64,000 nucleotides of DNA from Raillietiella orientalis (taxonomy: Eukaryota). Below are positions 1 through 14,119 of the stretch, piece by piece; position 1 is the stretch's first letter, and every line of letters begins with the position of its first letter. The position numbers and the translations under genes are program-made. Under the pieces are notes generated by a model. It was not told where the DNA came from. It saw only the letters and a list, made by a program, of their open reading frames with translations, and ran no database searches. The DNA is taken from assembly GCA_036172245.1 (NCBI GenBank), contig JAYWIR010000004.1:1612001-1676000 (forward strand), in the 5' to 3' direction.

Positions 1-510
1 CTAGCAATAGAGTACATTAAGATGTGATGAAAACACAAGAGAGCACTCTCGAAAGCTAAAAAGAGTGAACTCATCTGAATAATGCCAGTTTTTTTTTTTT
101 CAATCCATCATTCCATTAAATTTGAATGCTTCTGTGATAACTCCATTTTCGATGTAATCCTAGCAAAAAAAGAGATAAAAAGACCTTTATATTTTCAGGC
201 CGGTGATACCAAATAACCCAACGACTACAACATTGGCAGCCATAGCGCATTGGTTGTGCTATGCCAATAGTGCTGCGAATCCCATAATATACAATTTCAT
301 GAGTGGTACGTTTCTTTCAAATAATGCAATCAGCGCATGGTAATTGCTACTTGAACTGCAGGACCAAGTAGGAAGAGTTTTCTCTTCAGAGACGCGATTG
401 GTGAAGCAGGGAAACTGGGAAGAATGCATGATAATTATCTCTAGAAATTCTCTAATCGTGACCGTAAATTTTCTTTTTCTCTCTTTTCTTCCATGCCTTT
501 TTTTTTTTCT

Positions 511-685
511 TTTTTTCGGAAGCGGAATTGACGTTTTAATAGATTAAGGTCATCCCCGAACGAACAGAATGGCGATCTTTTGTTTTTTTTTTGCGTGTGT
601 TTTTTTCGAAATCAGCAATTTGACGTTTTGGTCGATTAAAGTCATCGAGATCCCCCGGAACGGACAGGAGGACGGCCTGTTTGTT
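511..685. repeat. Diverged tandem duplication, two ~90-bp units
   Basis: ttttcg..ttgacgtttt..gattaa.gtcatc..cccgaacg.acag occurs at ~511-590 and ~601-685. Confidence 0.7.
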
Positions 686-3340
686 AATTTGGTTCAGAAG
701 TCAGCACCACCCTCAAGCTGAAAGACTTCACTCGTTACTTGCGCGTTCGAGAACTGCAAACACCCCCGATGCAGAAGGGGGGAGGGGGCAAGAAAGAGAG
801 TGAAACACGTGAACGTGCGGTCCTAGAGCCGGCAGAACTGAAAGAGCGTTGTATTCATTCCAGCTTCTTTCAAGAAAGCGTTCCTCAGAACGCTGCTCGT
901 CTGCCGGAGGAAACCGATTGCGAAAAACCTCGCCTATACTTGTGAAATGGAGATGAAGCAAAAAACTCGTGACTACAGGATCAGCAGCAGGCGATCAGCG
1001 GAAAGAGATGATGAGAATTTGTTATAGCACGGACGCCACCGTGCGAGCATCTCCCAAAGCAATCACTTGATAAACAGCCTAAGATGACGTACGAAACCTT
1101 GATCATAATGACAGTAACGACATTTGATTAAAGCAATAAAGTACTTTTGTAATATCAGCCATCAAAATGTATATGGGAGGGAATTATCAGCAGCCTAAAT
1201 GTGCTTCACCACCAGCATGCACCAAGATTTTAAATGCAAATCACACAACATATGCGCTCAATACCCAAACAACGCATAAAATACATTTTCATTATATAAA
1301 AAGCAGTTTTAAGGAGGATTACTCTGTGAAAACAAACAGAAACCACACTGCACCAGAGAGATTTAAAAAATGAACGTGAAGTTCAAGTAGTGAACCGACA
1401 TAACACGTTGAGTGGTAGAGAAAGGAGCCACCCTCTGATCAAGGCAAATGGAATCGACTTTGCTTTCCCTGGAACTAGGAAACCGGTCATCAGGTCCATG
1501 CTCTTCTCATCCGGAGAGCCTTTGTTGCTTTCTCGGTTCCATCTGCAAGGAGGAAGCGTCTTTCTCATCATTTCAGCGATGGCGTTTGCAGTCAAATACA
1601 GAATGCCAGGTGATGCTTTTCCTTCAGAGAACTTGAAGCGTTTCACTGTACTGTACATAACCGACGATTTCGCCCTTCATTTTTCTCTCGTGGCGCAATG
1701 TGGACGAGAATTCAAGAGAGGCTGTTTTTATGATTATTTATCGGTCCGCTTCGGGACAATCAAATCTGTCGACGTGTTTTACTATGCTGTTAACGAAATC
1801 TCAATCCCTCCTCCACTCTCGATTTGCATGTTGGGAACATGCATGGACCCTTGGCTGCTGCAAGATCTGGTTCGCACAGATCCGGAACCACTGTGAACAA
1901 GACAGCTCTCAGCGTCAACACAACTTTCGCTGGAGGACTTTCCATTATTCCTAATCCAAACCACGCCATTGGAAACGATTCCCTCCTAAATCCCAAAGCA
2001 TAGAGTTGGTGTTTCATTTTTTCTTTTTTACAGTTTTTTAGATGTTGCACAAAAATGCATGAAGAGGAAACAAAGAAGTGATAATGCTTCGCTTTATCGG
2101 TAACACCTCAGTGCGAAATCAGAATTTATCTTTTCGATCTATTCTCCACCCTCCTCGACTTCACGAGGATAGGTCCCAGCCAAAGCTTCACTGCGTCTTT
2201 TCTTCTTTTTGATACTGACATTGACAACGAATCTCTAAGCAAGCAGTGGCCTTATGAGTGGAAACCTCACAGAATGCAATGTGCTCTCGTTTAATAAGTT
2301 TAGAGAGCCCACTCCTGAACTATATGAGAATTCGGAACCATCACTTGTTTTCACAAAGATGAAGATTATCTCCAACACATGGAGGAACATTTGGATTTAC
2401 ATTCGGCAGCAGGGGGATTTGTTTACGTACGTGGGACTTCACTCTTGATGCCATAGAGTGTTGCTTTCCTTCTCCAGAATCTGCAATTTTTGCAACCACA
2501 TATCATGGGAACGCTTGTGTCATAACTTTTTAGTAAGATTAAGAAACTCCAAGAGCTCATCCTTGTTGCTTCGTATTTGTCTGAAGCAGGAGACTTTGTT
2601 TTTTTGCGATAAAATTCGTTCCCTGATGACACTTTACCTTCTTAAGGCATTTTTCTTCAGTGCATTCCCTTTGCTGTTTCCCACATCTTCTCCAAGAACC
2701 ACCCTTGTGCTCTTGCAATATGAATTCCAGATTCCCTTCATGCCTATTACTATTCTTATTCAAGACAGAGCACTTCAGTACTACATGGGTCACTCTGCAC
2801 ACAAAAAAAGCCTAACGGAAATAACTAATCGGAATGAGTTTTTCTATCCGAAACCCAAAATTCGGCTGTCTTCTCCTGACGTTGATTGCTTCCAAGAGAA
2901 CTTCCAGAATCTTATTCATGAGAAATTTTCCGAAACATCAAAGGAATTCTTTTTGTGACTAGTGTAGGAAAAAGAACTCCATAGCATCCTCATCTTTGCA
3001 GCTGATAGCTCCACTGATGAATTGAATACGATGAATGTTATCGCCGCTTATGCTGCTAATAAAAATTCATTGCATCACCACTCTACTCTTCCATCACGCC
3101 AAGGTTGTGATAATCACAGTCTATCAAAGATCCTGATGAAGTATGATTTTTCATTCACGCCAAGGTTGTAGTAGGCCTTACTTTCTTTAGTGCTATCGAT
3201 TTTCTACCAAGTTCTTTTTCTATTTTGTTTTTGCTTTTTTCGAATAGGTGGTCCGAAGAAGCTATTTGATTCCGACAACAGGATAATCATTTCTTTTCCT
3301 GTCGACACTTGCATTGTAAAAAGGAAAGAAAGGAATCATG

Positions 3341-3345
<5 letters not shown>

Positions 3346-3383
<38 letters not shown>
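3346..3383. repeat. (AC)19 microsatellite
   Basis: Uninterrupted AC run. Confidence 0.98.
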
Positions 3384-3385
<2 letters not shown>

Positions 3386-6300
3386 GCACCTGAACCAAAT
3401 GTGAAACGTGTTCTAACTCGACTAACGATGTGTTCACCACGTGTGCCAACGCAGTCTGCAGAAACACCAATGTACGCGACATTACTGTGATCTCGAAAAC
3501 TGGATTTCCGTCTTGGCCTTAATATCTTGATTTCTACAAGGCTTCGCACCTTTATTCTGTCTTCATAAGGTGGACATCAAATATTGTTTTGACACGAAGC
3601 GATTTCGGGATAAGAAATAGAGATGCTGCAACATGTCTGGGATGCCGCCCACGCTCTTTGGAGTTGTCAAAGATATGATAGCTGAAAGGGAAACAACCAA
3701 TCGTAGATCGAGCTCTTTTCAAACTGTATCTTTATGAAAATGTTGCCTTGGACCAGTTCGTTTTCAAGTTCCTTGATTCCAAATGTGTTACATGCTGTTG
3801 CCTTTTTTTTTTTTTCTTTTAATGATGACTCGTGATTTTCTAGTCCTGAATGGGTTTGTTCTCACGACCGCTTACTTACTTCCTCCAGGTCAAAAAGAGC
3901 TTAGTCCATTCTAAGGAGACTATGGAAACCTCAACCTGAGAACTTTCATGAATTCACTCATACACACTGTTCAGAGAACAGCTAGAGCTGCTGCATCTTC
4001 AGCGCTCCAGGCGAATTCACGAATTTTCTGGTTTCTAACCCCCTCGTAAACAAACTGGGAAAGATGGCGCCATCTTTCCCTGTTTGCGGCATCTGCGATG
4101 CTTATCGAAAGAAAAATGTGTGGTTGGTGAATGCAAATTAACACTTGAAATTTCGTGATGATCTGAAGTTTCCCTCAAAACTGGAACTGCACCCGAGACA
4201 AAAACCCGAAACTTTCTCAGAAAGTCTGAGAAAGTTAACTGATTTCTTGCGCAGAGATGTGCTTCAGAGTGACTTTTCGTCGACAGTTAGTTTTCCTGAG
4301 TGACGCAACTTTTTCATTTGAAAGCTCAAGAGCTGCTGGAGAATTTTCCTCCACAGTCGATATGCCAGCTGAAACCCAACGGCCCGAAGAACCGAATACT
4401 AGAGCGGATGCCGACTCATTCTCATCCATTTCTTTCGACCAACTGGTGATTAAAACTTCTCTCAAGTGCATTTGCAGAGAATGCCAGTGCTGATTCTGCC
4501 CAGTTGAGTTTCGATTGATGAATTTGCTGGTCCACTGTTTGCAGAGATTTAGGTGGCAATCAGTGTTACTGCGAGGTCAAGCAGCGATCCCGCCTGCTGT
4601 TGCTGGCGGGATTGCTGCTTGACCAGCAGAATAACGAGTCTTTTGAACTGAGAAAAAACAAACATGAAAACTGGTGATCCGTCTTATCCCATGCATCTCT
4701 GAAGTTCACCCATTAAGTTCCTGTTTTCGAAAGGTTTTGACACATAAGCGAGGATTTTCTGTGTCATCACCTATTGGAACGATGGCATTCAGTATCTCTG
4801 TGCACGTCACGTGACACTGAAAGCCATCGAGCCGTTTTGATTAAGCGGAAAAATTTTTTTTTTCTCATCCTCTGTGAGTCTGTAACTTGGTAACACCCAT
4901 GTGCACTCCGGTCTCTGGAACCCCTGCAACAAACACAGTGTTTCACAAGCCAAGAACCAAACCAGAATGTTTCGTATAGTCGGATTTCATGCCGAGGCAC
5001 TCTTCCATTTTGAAGGGAAGAGCAAGCTTCTCTTCTTGCCGGAACCGAAGGGTCATTTGATCTTGCTCTTTTAGCAGCTCTATCACCTTGGTCATTAATC
5101 GCTCTGCCGTTCACATCCACGGATTGATTCAGCTGCACACGTCTAGTAGGCTCTACGTTGCTCGTAGTAACTCTGCTCTCACTACTTTTACGTCACTCTC
5201 AGCGGAGATGGAAAAGTGTTCTGGTGTTGATTTGTGAATTGTGGTTCCACCTGTTGCTACTGAGGATATTGCCAAAAGTCCCTTTTCCCTTCCCTCCCTC
5301 GAGTCTCAGCCGCTATGAATAAAGCTGTTCACCAAACCCTATCATACACTTCCATCTTGCTCACCTTTGCGGAAATTGCCCAAATGCGTTTCGGACTGGC
5401 TCAAAACTGATTTGGTAATTTGCATTGGAAGCTGCCATTGGTCTCTGTGGGTCACGGAAGAGGAATGCTCGAACAACCGGTCCAAACCGCATTAAGGACA
5501 ACGGAAAGCTGTCCCACTCCTATCACTTGGCTTTATTTCTTCTACAGCTAGAGGCATTGCACTGACGTCATCAGTATCCTCAACGGAATTCCACAGCTGT
5601 TTTCTCGGGCTTCCTTGTGAACAAGCAAGCGATAGAGTCAGTTTGAAAGTCCCTTAAACGAGCTTTTTCCACAGCACGCCTACAGTGTCCTACGAAGATG
5701 CCATCATGAATTGCAGAGGTGATACCTTCTGTAAAGTAAGGAAATAGGTAGCGGCCTGGCAACTCTCCATGAAGGATGATGGAACGATCCAAGTCTGTAG
5801 CAGCGATTTCCAAGTTTCCATTTTTGTTTCACGATCATTTGTAGAGAGTGAAGAGGTACATTTCGTTCGAAGGAGTTCCATGGTCTCTTCTCTTAGACAG
5901 ATCTCTCATTCGTATCGTGTTCGGAGTTTTCAGCTAGTCCAAACTTCTGAGATCTCCCTAGCTTCAAGATGTGAGAAAGACCTTTGAGGTCAGACTTATA
6001 GAAACATCCTATCTTTCAGTTTAGGAAGCTTAAGTCATCCGCTTCCATTCTTCAAGACTGAGAAGGATGTAAAAGGAATTTGCTAGATCTTATGGATGCA
6101 TGTTTGGTGATGGCTCAGCTGCAGAGCATGTCTTAAAATCACTGAATTAAACTGACGGAGGATGATGCATTCGAGAATGCGAGATGGCAATTTTTTTCTC
6201 ATTTTCCATTTGAGAAAAATGCGGGAATCGACATTAGCTGTCGTGACTATGGAGGAGCTCTACCTGCCAACGTCGGCTGGTGAGTCGGATTTTCAACTTT

Positions 6301-9300
6301 GGAATTTTCGTCTCCCCGTCCATCATCACGGAATTTCGTGTTGTTTTCTCATCGTGCACCACGGGAAGAGTTTCCAAGGCACACACCTTATGCATTTCAA
6401 CGAGCAGCCCTTTTACACTTACTCAGAAATCCATCAAAACGAGATTCAACCTGAAAATCCTCTACAAATAATGAAAGGGAGTTCCACTCGGTAACGCTGC
6501 TTCATAGATCGGAATGCTTAGAGTGAAGGGAACCCAAGTTCCAGAAACAATTTCAAGGCTGACACGAGGAACTTCTGATGTGTTTGTGAAGAATTTTAAT
6601 TACTCACGTCTTTGGTTTTGGATCCAAATATTCACTTTCGAATTGAATTCTCCAAACAACTCCGTATCCACATGTTCTTGGTGAATTTTGCGAGTTCAGG
6701 AGAGCGCATCCTCGAAGGGAATCTGACCAAAAGGAGATGAAGTGAATCAAAAGTTCATGTGGTTCATGAGGCACTTTTTGTCCAAAAACAAGTAAAGATG
6801 ATGAGGAAAAAATGTGGTGGAGATATGTAGTAACTAATCGAGCGTTTTTCAGAAGTGAGAATTGTATTGAATTCATGGAACTTTTACCAAAAGTCATAAT
6901 TCTTCTAAAGACTCGTTTCAAAGTCTTCATCCACAGAGTTCTTCAGTAAAAGACTTCTAAAGTAATAAGTCTTTCGACTTATGCGCTAGAGTGAGGAACA
7001 GAGTATTGGATCTACTCCAGCTTGGATTCCTTTTTCTATCAATGATCCCATCTCACAGACGGTCACCAGCATGTCCATCTTCAAGGCATTTTAGTGGTAA
7101 ATTATTGCGAAATTCAAAAAGTTGAATTCCGAATTAAGGCTCATAATTGTATCGCATTCGGCAATAAGTATTTGGTGCAAATGCTGATTGTGGTAGCGGT
7201 CAATAGCAACAGAGACAACAGCAGCAGAAAGAAAAAGCAAACGAAACGAGATGCATTCCGGATAACGGATACATATCCCATCTTTGCAAACTGAGCACTT
7301 AAGCTCCGCAGATAAAGAATAAGCTGTGATAGAGTGATGCATTTGAAAAAAATTAAATGCATTCTCATTTTAACGCAATAAAAGAGAAACCTTCAAAGTC
7401 AGGCATGTACCAAAGAATAGATCCCAACTCCATAAATGTTTGCGAAATGTTTTTTCAATTTACAGCCTACGAATTCCTAGAACTCATTATTAGTTCATGC
7501 AATCAAAATCATCATTAATTCATTTTATGACATTGGCAACAATGACTGCTTGTTATTAACGATTAGAGAGCTGCAGAGAGTTGAGACTACTCATAAGTAT
7601 GAGACATTATTCAGCTTATTAATTACGTGATGTATTTATCATTAACTCATAAAATTTTTGCTATTTTGAAAGCAAATTTCAATGGATACCAGTGACGTAT
7701 TAATATTAATAGAAACATCAGGATTTTATCATGAATTTCTTAAGCAATCTTGCCAGTGTTGAATCAGTGCACTACAAATCCCAAAACACATATAAAAATA
7801 CACATAATGTAACTCATACTCCTTATAAATAATGCAAACATAAATGCAGGTTCTGTTTTCTCTTTCACATTATTAATTATTGGAAACTTATTAGCACCGT
7901 ATCCTGGATTTTAAATCAATGAGATCCAATGATTCCAAGTTCATTCGCTATAATAATTTAGAGTGGACATTCTATCATATTTCGAAATGTATTAGATATA
8001 TTTCCGGGGCGTTTCCAAAACCCAGACCTGACTCACGTTTTGCAGCTCGATTTATTTTTGAAAGTTTCAGTACAAATAGCCTTTTCATGTGGGTTGTGTG
8101 CTTATTAAAAATGCTATAATATGCTGAACAGCCTGTAACTGAGCAGCACGGAAGTCCCAGAAATCTGACGGCGCCATTCATCCGGGGAAAGTGTGTTAAT
8201 GTTTCCGTGTCCACCATGTATTCCTTGGTAAGGACGAAACTTTCCAGAAATGGAATTTGCACAGCCATAGCAATGTTGATGAACAGAGTTGTTGGTGTGT
8301 AAATAGTCGATGCACGTTTAAGAGATGTATACGCCGACTTCAAACGGGTCCATGGTCTGTTGTTTCCCTGGAACAAACATGTGCTAGAAAAATGATGCTC
8401 TTCATTGACGTGGAAATTTGCTAAGGATCCAGGGGAAGAAAGGGGGGGGGAAAAAAACTTGCTTTGTTTCTTCTGGAAAAATAACCAACTATACTTGACT
8501 GTGCAGAATGGCATAATCAGCTGCATCCAGTTCTCATTGGGGATTGATATACCAGCTCAAAAAAGGACCTATCATCATGGAGTTTTTGATTTAACTCTCA
8601 AATACTCGATACGGAGGAAAGATGCGACAAGGAAATCTCAGGTCTCGGGAAACTGCCTTCGTATCAGGAAGCGGTAATGTACCATCAAAACAACTTACTG
8701 ACGCTATGCTATCAACCCCTTGAAAGCAGACAAAGGGCAACGCCCATGCAGTGAATTTCTAGGTGCTTATTTTAAAGAAAATAAAACCAACCACTTCAAC
8801 ATGTAATCGTCAGAGTTTAAGATCTCTTTTCACATGGACAGAATTCTACATAAATTATAAGGATCTCCAAGGAGTTCGTTTCGGAAAGTGAACAAGAATT
8901 TTATCGATGACATTATCATCAACCAGCAGTCCAACCAACTCATCTTTTTTTCACCAATATAGAGGCGCTTTGGAGGAAAGAAAGGGAGCAGTCAGCATTC
9001 CAAACGATGTCTCACTCCGCTTGAGAATGTCATCCATATTTCTACAACTTGAGACACACTCTGATTTTTTCTTCAGTAAACCCCAGAACAGATTAATGAT
9101 GCTCAAAAACAATCCTTTTTTTTTTTTCAGATTTGCTCTTTGCTGTGCACCCATAAACTTGCAGCAGCTCCCTATGCTTTCGCATTTTCTTATTTTTATT
9201 CTGAACGTTTATTCGGCTGCTCAATGGATTAGCGATTGTCTGGAAACTGTTGAAGATCTCGAGCTTTTGTGTGAACGGACTTGAGCTGAATTCGGTTACA

Positions 9301-10622
9301 GATGAAAGAGAAGATGCTCTCTGTTCGTCGTACGCTATACTCGATGCGGGCCCCGAATCCGACAAATTTGTAAAACTCTTTCGGGAGTAGCCCAATCTCT
9401 AGTCTGGAAGCCTAGCTTCAGTCTACGATACCACTGCTTCTTTAGATTCCTCAATAAACATGAAGTCGATTCATGGTCGTTAGAAATAACCAGGGATCTG
9501 TTTTGCCTTCTCTTATGTCTTTTGCATTGCATTACTTGTCTTTCGTTTTTTCTTTCCCATCAGTTTTTCTGACCCACGGATGTGATTTGTAAAGGCATAT
9601 TTCAATAGCACTGTACTACAAAACGAGGTACTATAAACATAAGCTGTACCTTCTTATTTGTTGACATTTTTTATAATGCTCGATCTATCAAGCACAATCG
9701 TGCAACGATTGTCTAATTGTATTTGTGATCCGAGGTCAGATAATGCCTCCTCGATCCTGAGAGTACGCCAATACAAAACTGTGCACCTTTTTTTTTTTGG
9801 TGAAAAATCGAAAAAGGATGAATTTTTACCGGGAAAACTCAATCGTGTTTTCAATTTTCCAGGCAGATCATTTGAAGAAACCTCGTAAGATGCATTGCCA
9901 CCCCTTCATCGCTGACAAAGAGCAAGTAAACAGGGAAGCAATACGGGATATGTGAAAGAAGAATAAGAAATCTCTACAGTTTCATTGGTATGACCGCAAT
10001 TTTGTGTTTCATTTGAGGGGGAACATATCTTGGAATGGTGATGGTCATTTACGCTTTGCTTGGTTTCTGAATAAATTTTTAGTGCATCAAGCAAGAAAAG
10101 AAATCGAAAAAAAAAAAAGAAATGCAATCCTCTCTTTTCATCCTTTCCTTCAATCTCATTTTTCGTTTCCCATTTATGGAGATTTCAAAGTCAGGTGACC
10201 AGTGAGCTGGCCAATAGCTCTCGAGCATTTCTTCCCGAGTCGATTACTACTTCCCTTTTGATATGTTCCGAGAAAAAGAGTGCCTTTGACGGAGAGCGTA
10301 CACTTTCTTGCTGAAGGAAGCCATTTCGTGCTCAAAGTTAGGTGAGCGTACGTGCTGTGTGTTCAGACGCCCTCAGAGAATTTTCACCCTGCTGAATTCC
10401 GAGTTTCCACGGGCTTCATCCATGCAGATGGTTTTCTCTACTGAATTCTATCGAATACACCAGTGCCTCTCCCAACTTATTTGACCTGCCGCCCCTTTTT
10501 CAGATAAAAAATTACTCGGCGACTCCCTGAATCGTCCCAGCGCACACCGGGGGGCGGTATCGCCCACTTTGGGAAGCACTGGAATACACTAACAGTAGAG
10601 AGTTTCCTGTGATCCCATTCAG

Positions 10623-10886
10623 ATGGGCCTGTCCTACTCCGCGACCCGCGCGGAGAACGTCGTACTCCAGAACGAGTACGGCCGTGGTCGGCCGGCTCCG
10701 TCGTTGCCTCGAGGCCGTCGAGGATCCCCGGATGCGCGTCCTCCTACTGGAGGCCGGCCGGGAGGGAAACGCCACCTCCGACGGCCCGGCCCTCGCCAGC
10801 TACCTCCAGGATGGGGTCATGTACTGGCGCTACCGGACGCAGCCCCAGCCGACGGCATGCCTGGCTATGAAGAACCAGTCGTGCAA
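10623..10886 (+). pseudogene. GMC oxidoreductase (glucose dehydrogenase [FAD]-like) N-terminal exon, frameshifted
   Basis: Across frames: NEY..(G)SAGSVVASR.S/EDPRMRVLLLEAG..SDGPALASYLQ..WRYRTQPQPTACLAMKNQSC, matching the FAD-binding N-terminus of arthropod GMC enzymes. Small deletions break the GxGxxG region. Flanked by ttcag| and |gttatg. Confidence 0.88.
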
Positions 10887-11278
10887 GTTATGTAACGTAC
10901 CTCTGTAGCCTTCTCCTATATCCAAAGTATCCTGTGGCGACTTCCAATTTTCACTTTTGGTAAGTGGAAGTATACAAATTGCGCATCTCTTCATTTAAGG
11001 TTTCTTGAGTTTATTAGTAACACCCTATCAAGAGTGGACATCTGACCTTCCGTTGCTGAAGCTGACATTAATTAATCGAGTTGCCATCGTCGAATTCGTG
11101 AGTGTTGATTCACAAGAACTCGCAAAAGAGAAAGATGTGCAACGAGTGCCCTGGGCAAAATAAGAATCACATTCGCGAAATGAACAGAAGTGCCCAGCTG
11201 AAAGTGAACAAAGTATGCTCTAAAGATGCAACTATCCATGCAATTCCAGAATGGAAGAAGTTTTTCTGATTGAAAAGA

Positions 11279-11541
11279 TTCATCAACCTGTACGAAACAG
11301 GAAGATTGCCTCTAGGGATTTTCATCAACCTGTACGAAACAGAAAGATTGCCTCTAGGGATTTTCATCAACCTGTACGAAACAGAAAGATTGCCTCTAGG
11401 GATTTTCATCAACCTGTACGAAACAGAAAGATTGCCTCCAGGGATTTTCATCAACCTGTACGAAACAGAAAGATTGCCTCCAGGGATTTTCATCAACCTG
11501 TACGAAACAGAAAGATTGCCTCCAGGGATTTTCATCAACCT
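11279..11541. repeat. 42-bp minisatellite, 6 full units plus a partial unit
   Basis: Unit catcaacctgtacgaaacagaaagattgcctc(t/c)agggatttt, head-to-tail with no spacers. Units 1-3 have tctagg and units 4-6 have tccagg. Confidence 0.97.
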
Positions 11542-12869
11542 TCAAAACATTTGTTGCCATCAAACCGATGATTAGTGATGGGATTTTGAGCACACCAAAG
11601 AGAATAGAAGCGGCTACATTTCATGCTACTGAATACATTATCAGAGTATCTTAGCATCAGGGTGCATCCTAAAAAAGTGGTTTCCTAAATTCTTAATCAG
11701 GAACGATTTCGCAACGCTGGAGCAGGTCTCGCTGAAGTCAAATTTAACACATAGACGTCAGCGTCTCTACGGATGGCGGTGCCTCTGAAGTTTGAACCGC
11801 TTCTTCTCCACCATCTGGACTGTATTTTTGCTAGTTGAGACTTCAGCTCTGCTCTTCAGCATTTACAGATCTGTTTTGGAACAGCTCGCATCCGAAAAAG
11901 GTTCAGCACGAAGGATCTTCCATTTAAATGAGTCTTCCACTAGATGACTCGATGTTGGCGCGTTCTTTGCAATTCGAATAGCAGTCATACGTGGAAAGAC
12001 AAAGCAATACAACCTGAGAGTGAAGAACACATCACAGAATCCGCTTGTGTGGTTCTTTGCGTCATCTGCTTTCTATTCCGAATGAGCGGCGAGACGAGAA
12101 CACGTCATAATTGTAGGTTAAATGACAGTCATTATGATTGAAGACATCACTGCACAGCAAGTTCTTCTCAACTACTTTACCACTCTCAATCGTGTTCCTT
12201 CCTAGATCTTTCCTGTTGAGAAGCTTCATTCATGAGGAGGGTAGCACACCGGTGCTCAAAGTAACCATCATCGGCTCAAAAGAGCATGCGTTCATCCCTG
12301 ACAAGGAAATCCAGTACTGTGACTTATGTACCGATGAAGTCCTCCCTTCCCTCCCTTAAAATGAGTCCCGCGTTCTTCATGAAGAAGATTTTCGTCTCAT
12401 GGCAATGTTGCTTTCCTCTAATCTGCTTCAGCTATCCTTTCCCGTTAGTTCGAGCTAAACTGCAGTTCCATTCCTCCATCGCCATCACTGATAGCGCGTG
12501 CTTTTCTTTCATATATTTGTTTTGTTTTGTTTTTGTTTGTCTGAAGCCACTTTCAATAAAGTGAAAAGATTCCCAACAGGGCTCTGCCCTACTGTCTTTG
12601 CTTCCCTGAGTATAGCCGTCAGCAATGATCAGAATTCGTACGATCGATTTCAGTTCCCTTGCTCATGTAGTGAGAGAAAGAAACGGCAGCTCTTGTCGAG
12701 ACTGCATTCAGCCCCCTCCTGAGCTGGAACTGCATGGAGCAGAGAAATCTTGCCTCTCTCTCGTCTGGATGTGGATTCCACATCCTCCTTCCTACTCCGT
12801 GAGCAGCCTTCAGTGAGTTTCTCGAAAACGCTCAAACCGATGGTACGAAGTTGGTGACATCGGATGGCA

Positions 12870-13270
12870 TTCCAGAGATGAGTGGCAGTCGCCCGGAAAC
12901 CTACTTCCTGTGTTAGACGGACGCGGATCCAGAAAACGAAATACCTCACGTGAGAGTATGCGCCACGCAGTACGCATTCTAATAACTGTCGTACGTTGCC
13001 GTTTGCGTCATGCAGTTAGCAATTTGCGAGGCGATACAAAATCACACGTCGGTGCGGACGCCTTTGGTCACTTGGCTGCATCCTTCCTGAACTCTTCGTC
13101 CTGCTCTGGAGGAGATGCAGCGGTCACTGCAAGAGGATCCATCACTTCCGTTGGAAGGAAGGTGCCTCTTTTTCCTGGAAGCGAGACGCTCCACAATCCA
13201 GACAGCACTTGGTGTTTTGCCCGTGTTCCTGTGAAGCCGCTGCAAGCTTCAGCCCGGTGCCAAGTCGTCT
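12870..13270 (+). mobile_element. Degenerate LINE ORF1 (gag-like zinc knuckles), Tx1/L1-like
   Basis: RRCGRL/GHLAAS at ~13047-13083, followed by two weaker knuckle-like segments; GC-rich and frameshifted. Confidence 0.4.
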
Positions 13271-13929
13271 AGTTTCGTTCCCATGAGAGAACTCGCAGGA
13301 GAGTAGGGATGACATGAGTCTCTCAGTTCCTCTGGCGTAGGCAGGAGGATTGAAAAAAGCCGGGCATCATTGTGCGTGACTTGACATATGACGCGACCTT
13401 TGCACTGGAATTTCATAAGCACACCGACAGCAGTTTCTCGGCCGGCTACATGCTTTCTTTGAGATCTTGGTCAGTCTCTTCAGAATTACCACACTGTGCG
13501 TACCTAAGGATGAAACTTGCTGTTAGTTTCCATCACCTTGTTCCTTGTACATTCTCAGGACGTGTTCTCTATTTATCGCACCATACTAAACAGCAAATGG
13601 CTTTTGTCTTTTGAACTTCTAGAAAAAAAAGCACATGTAGGCAAAACTCAATAAGGATTATCGTTCGTTGCCGACTGTTCTTATATGCTGTTTGTGCAGG
13701 CGTTATTATAATCTTGGAATGCAATCTCGTTAAGCCTTTCCATTCGACAGGATCGATTGAAATCTCACGGGTGTGTTCTTTTTTTTTTTTTCCGGTTTCT
13801 CCAGTGTGCAGTTTTACTGGAAGTACAGCACAATAGGTGCGATTCTTGATCTAAGGTACGCGTTTCTTCCGTATTCTTCACCACAGCTGTGAAGCAGGCT
13901 CTCTAATCATCAATCTAGAATTAGCTTTA

Positions 13930-14092
13930 GCCCGCGTCGGAGGCCGTGTGGTTACGGTGGTCTCCGTGCGTGGCGCCATGCGTCGTTCGAATATTCCGAA
14001 CTGAATCGATGCAGTGCGTCGTGGGTTCCGAGTTCATCCCGCAAGATGACGCTGGTTGGCCTACATTCATCCGGCACTGGTAGCTGTTGACA
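13930..14092 (+). mobile_element. tRNA-derived SINE-like head, copy 1
   Basis: B-box-like gttcgaat at 13985-13992. Collinear blocks are shared with the reverse complement of 60690-60863 (gcccg.gt.gg.ggccgtgtgg; gtgcgtcgtggg; gca.gatg.cgctg; gcactggt..ttgacac). Confidence 0.65.
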
Positions 14093-14119
14093 CCGGGTGC
14101 CCCCGATGAGGGCCGGGAC

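Noticed and set aside
1680..1765. CUB-domain exon (CFYDYLSVRFG)
   Set aside because: Only one short motif, with no clear splice sites or companion exons.
4300..5900. hAT C-terminus (SANALERSFN) and Gypsy integrase traces on the minus strand
   Set aside because: Single weak motifs, insufficient without a profile search.
11279..11541. CRISPR array
   Set aside because: Units are contiguous with no unique spacers, there are no cas genes, and the context is eukaryotic.
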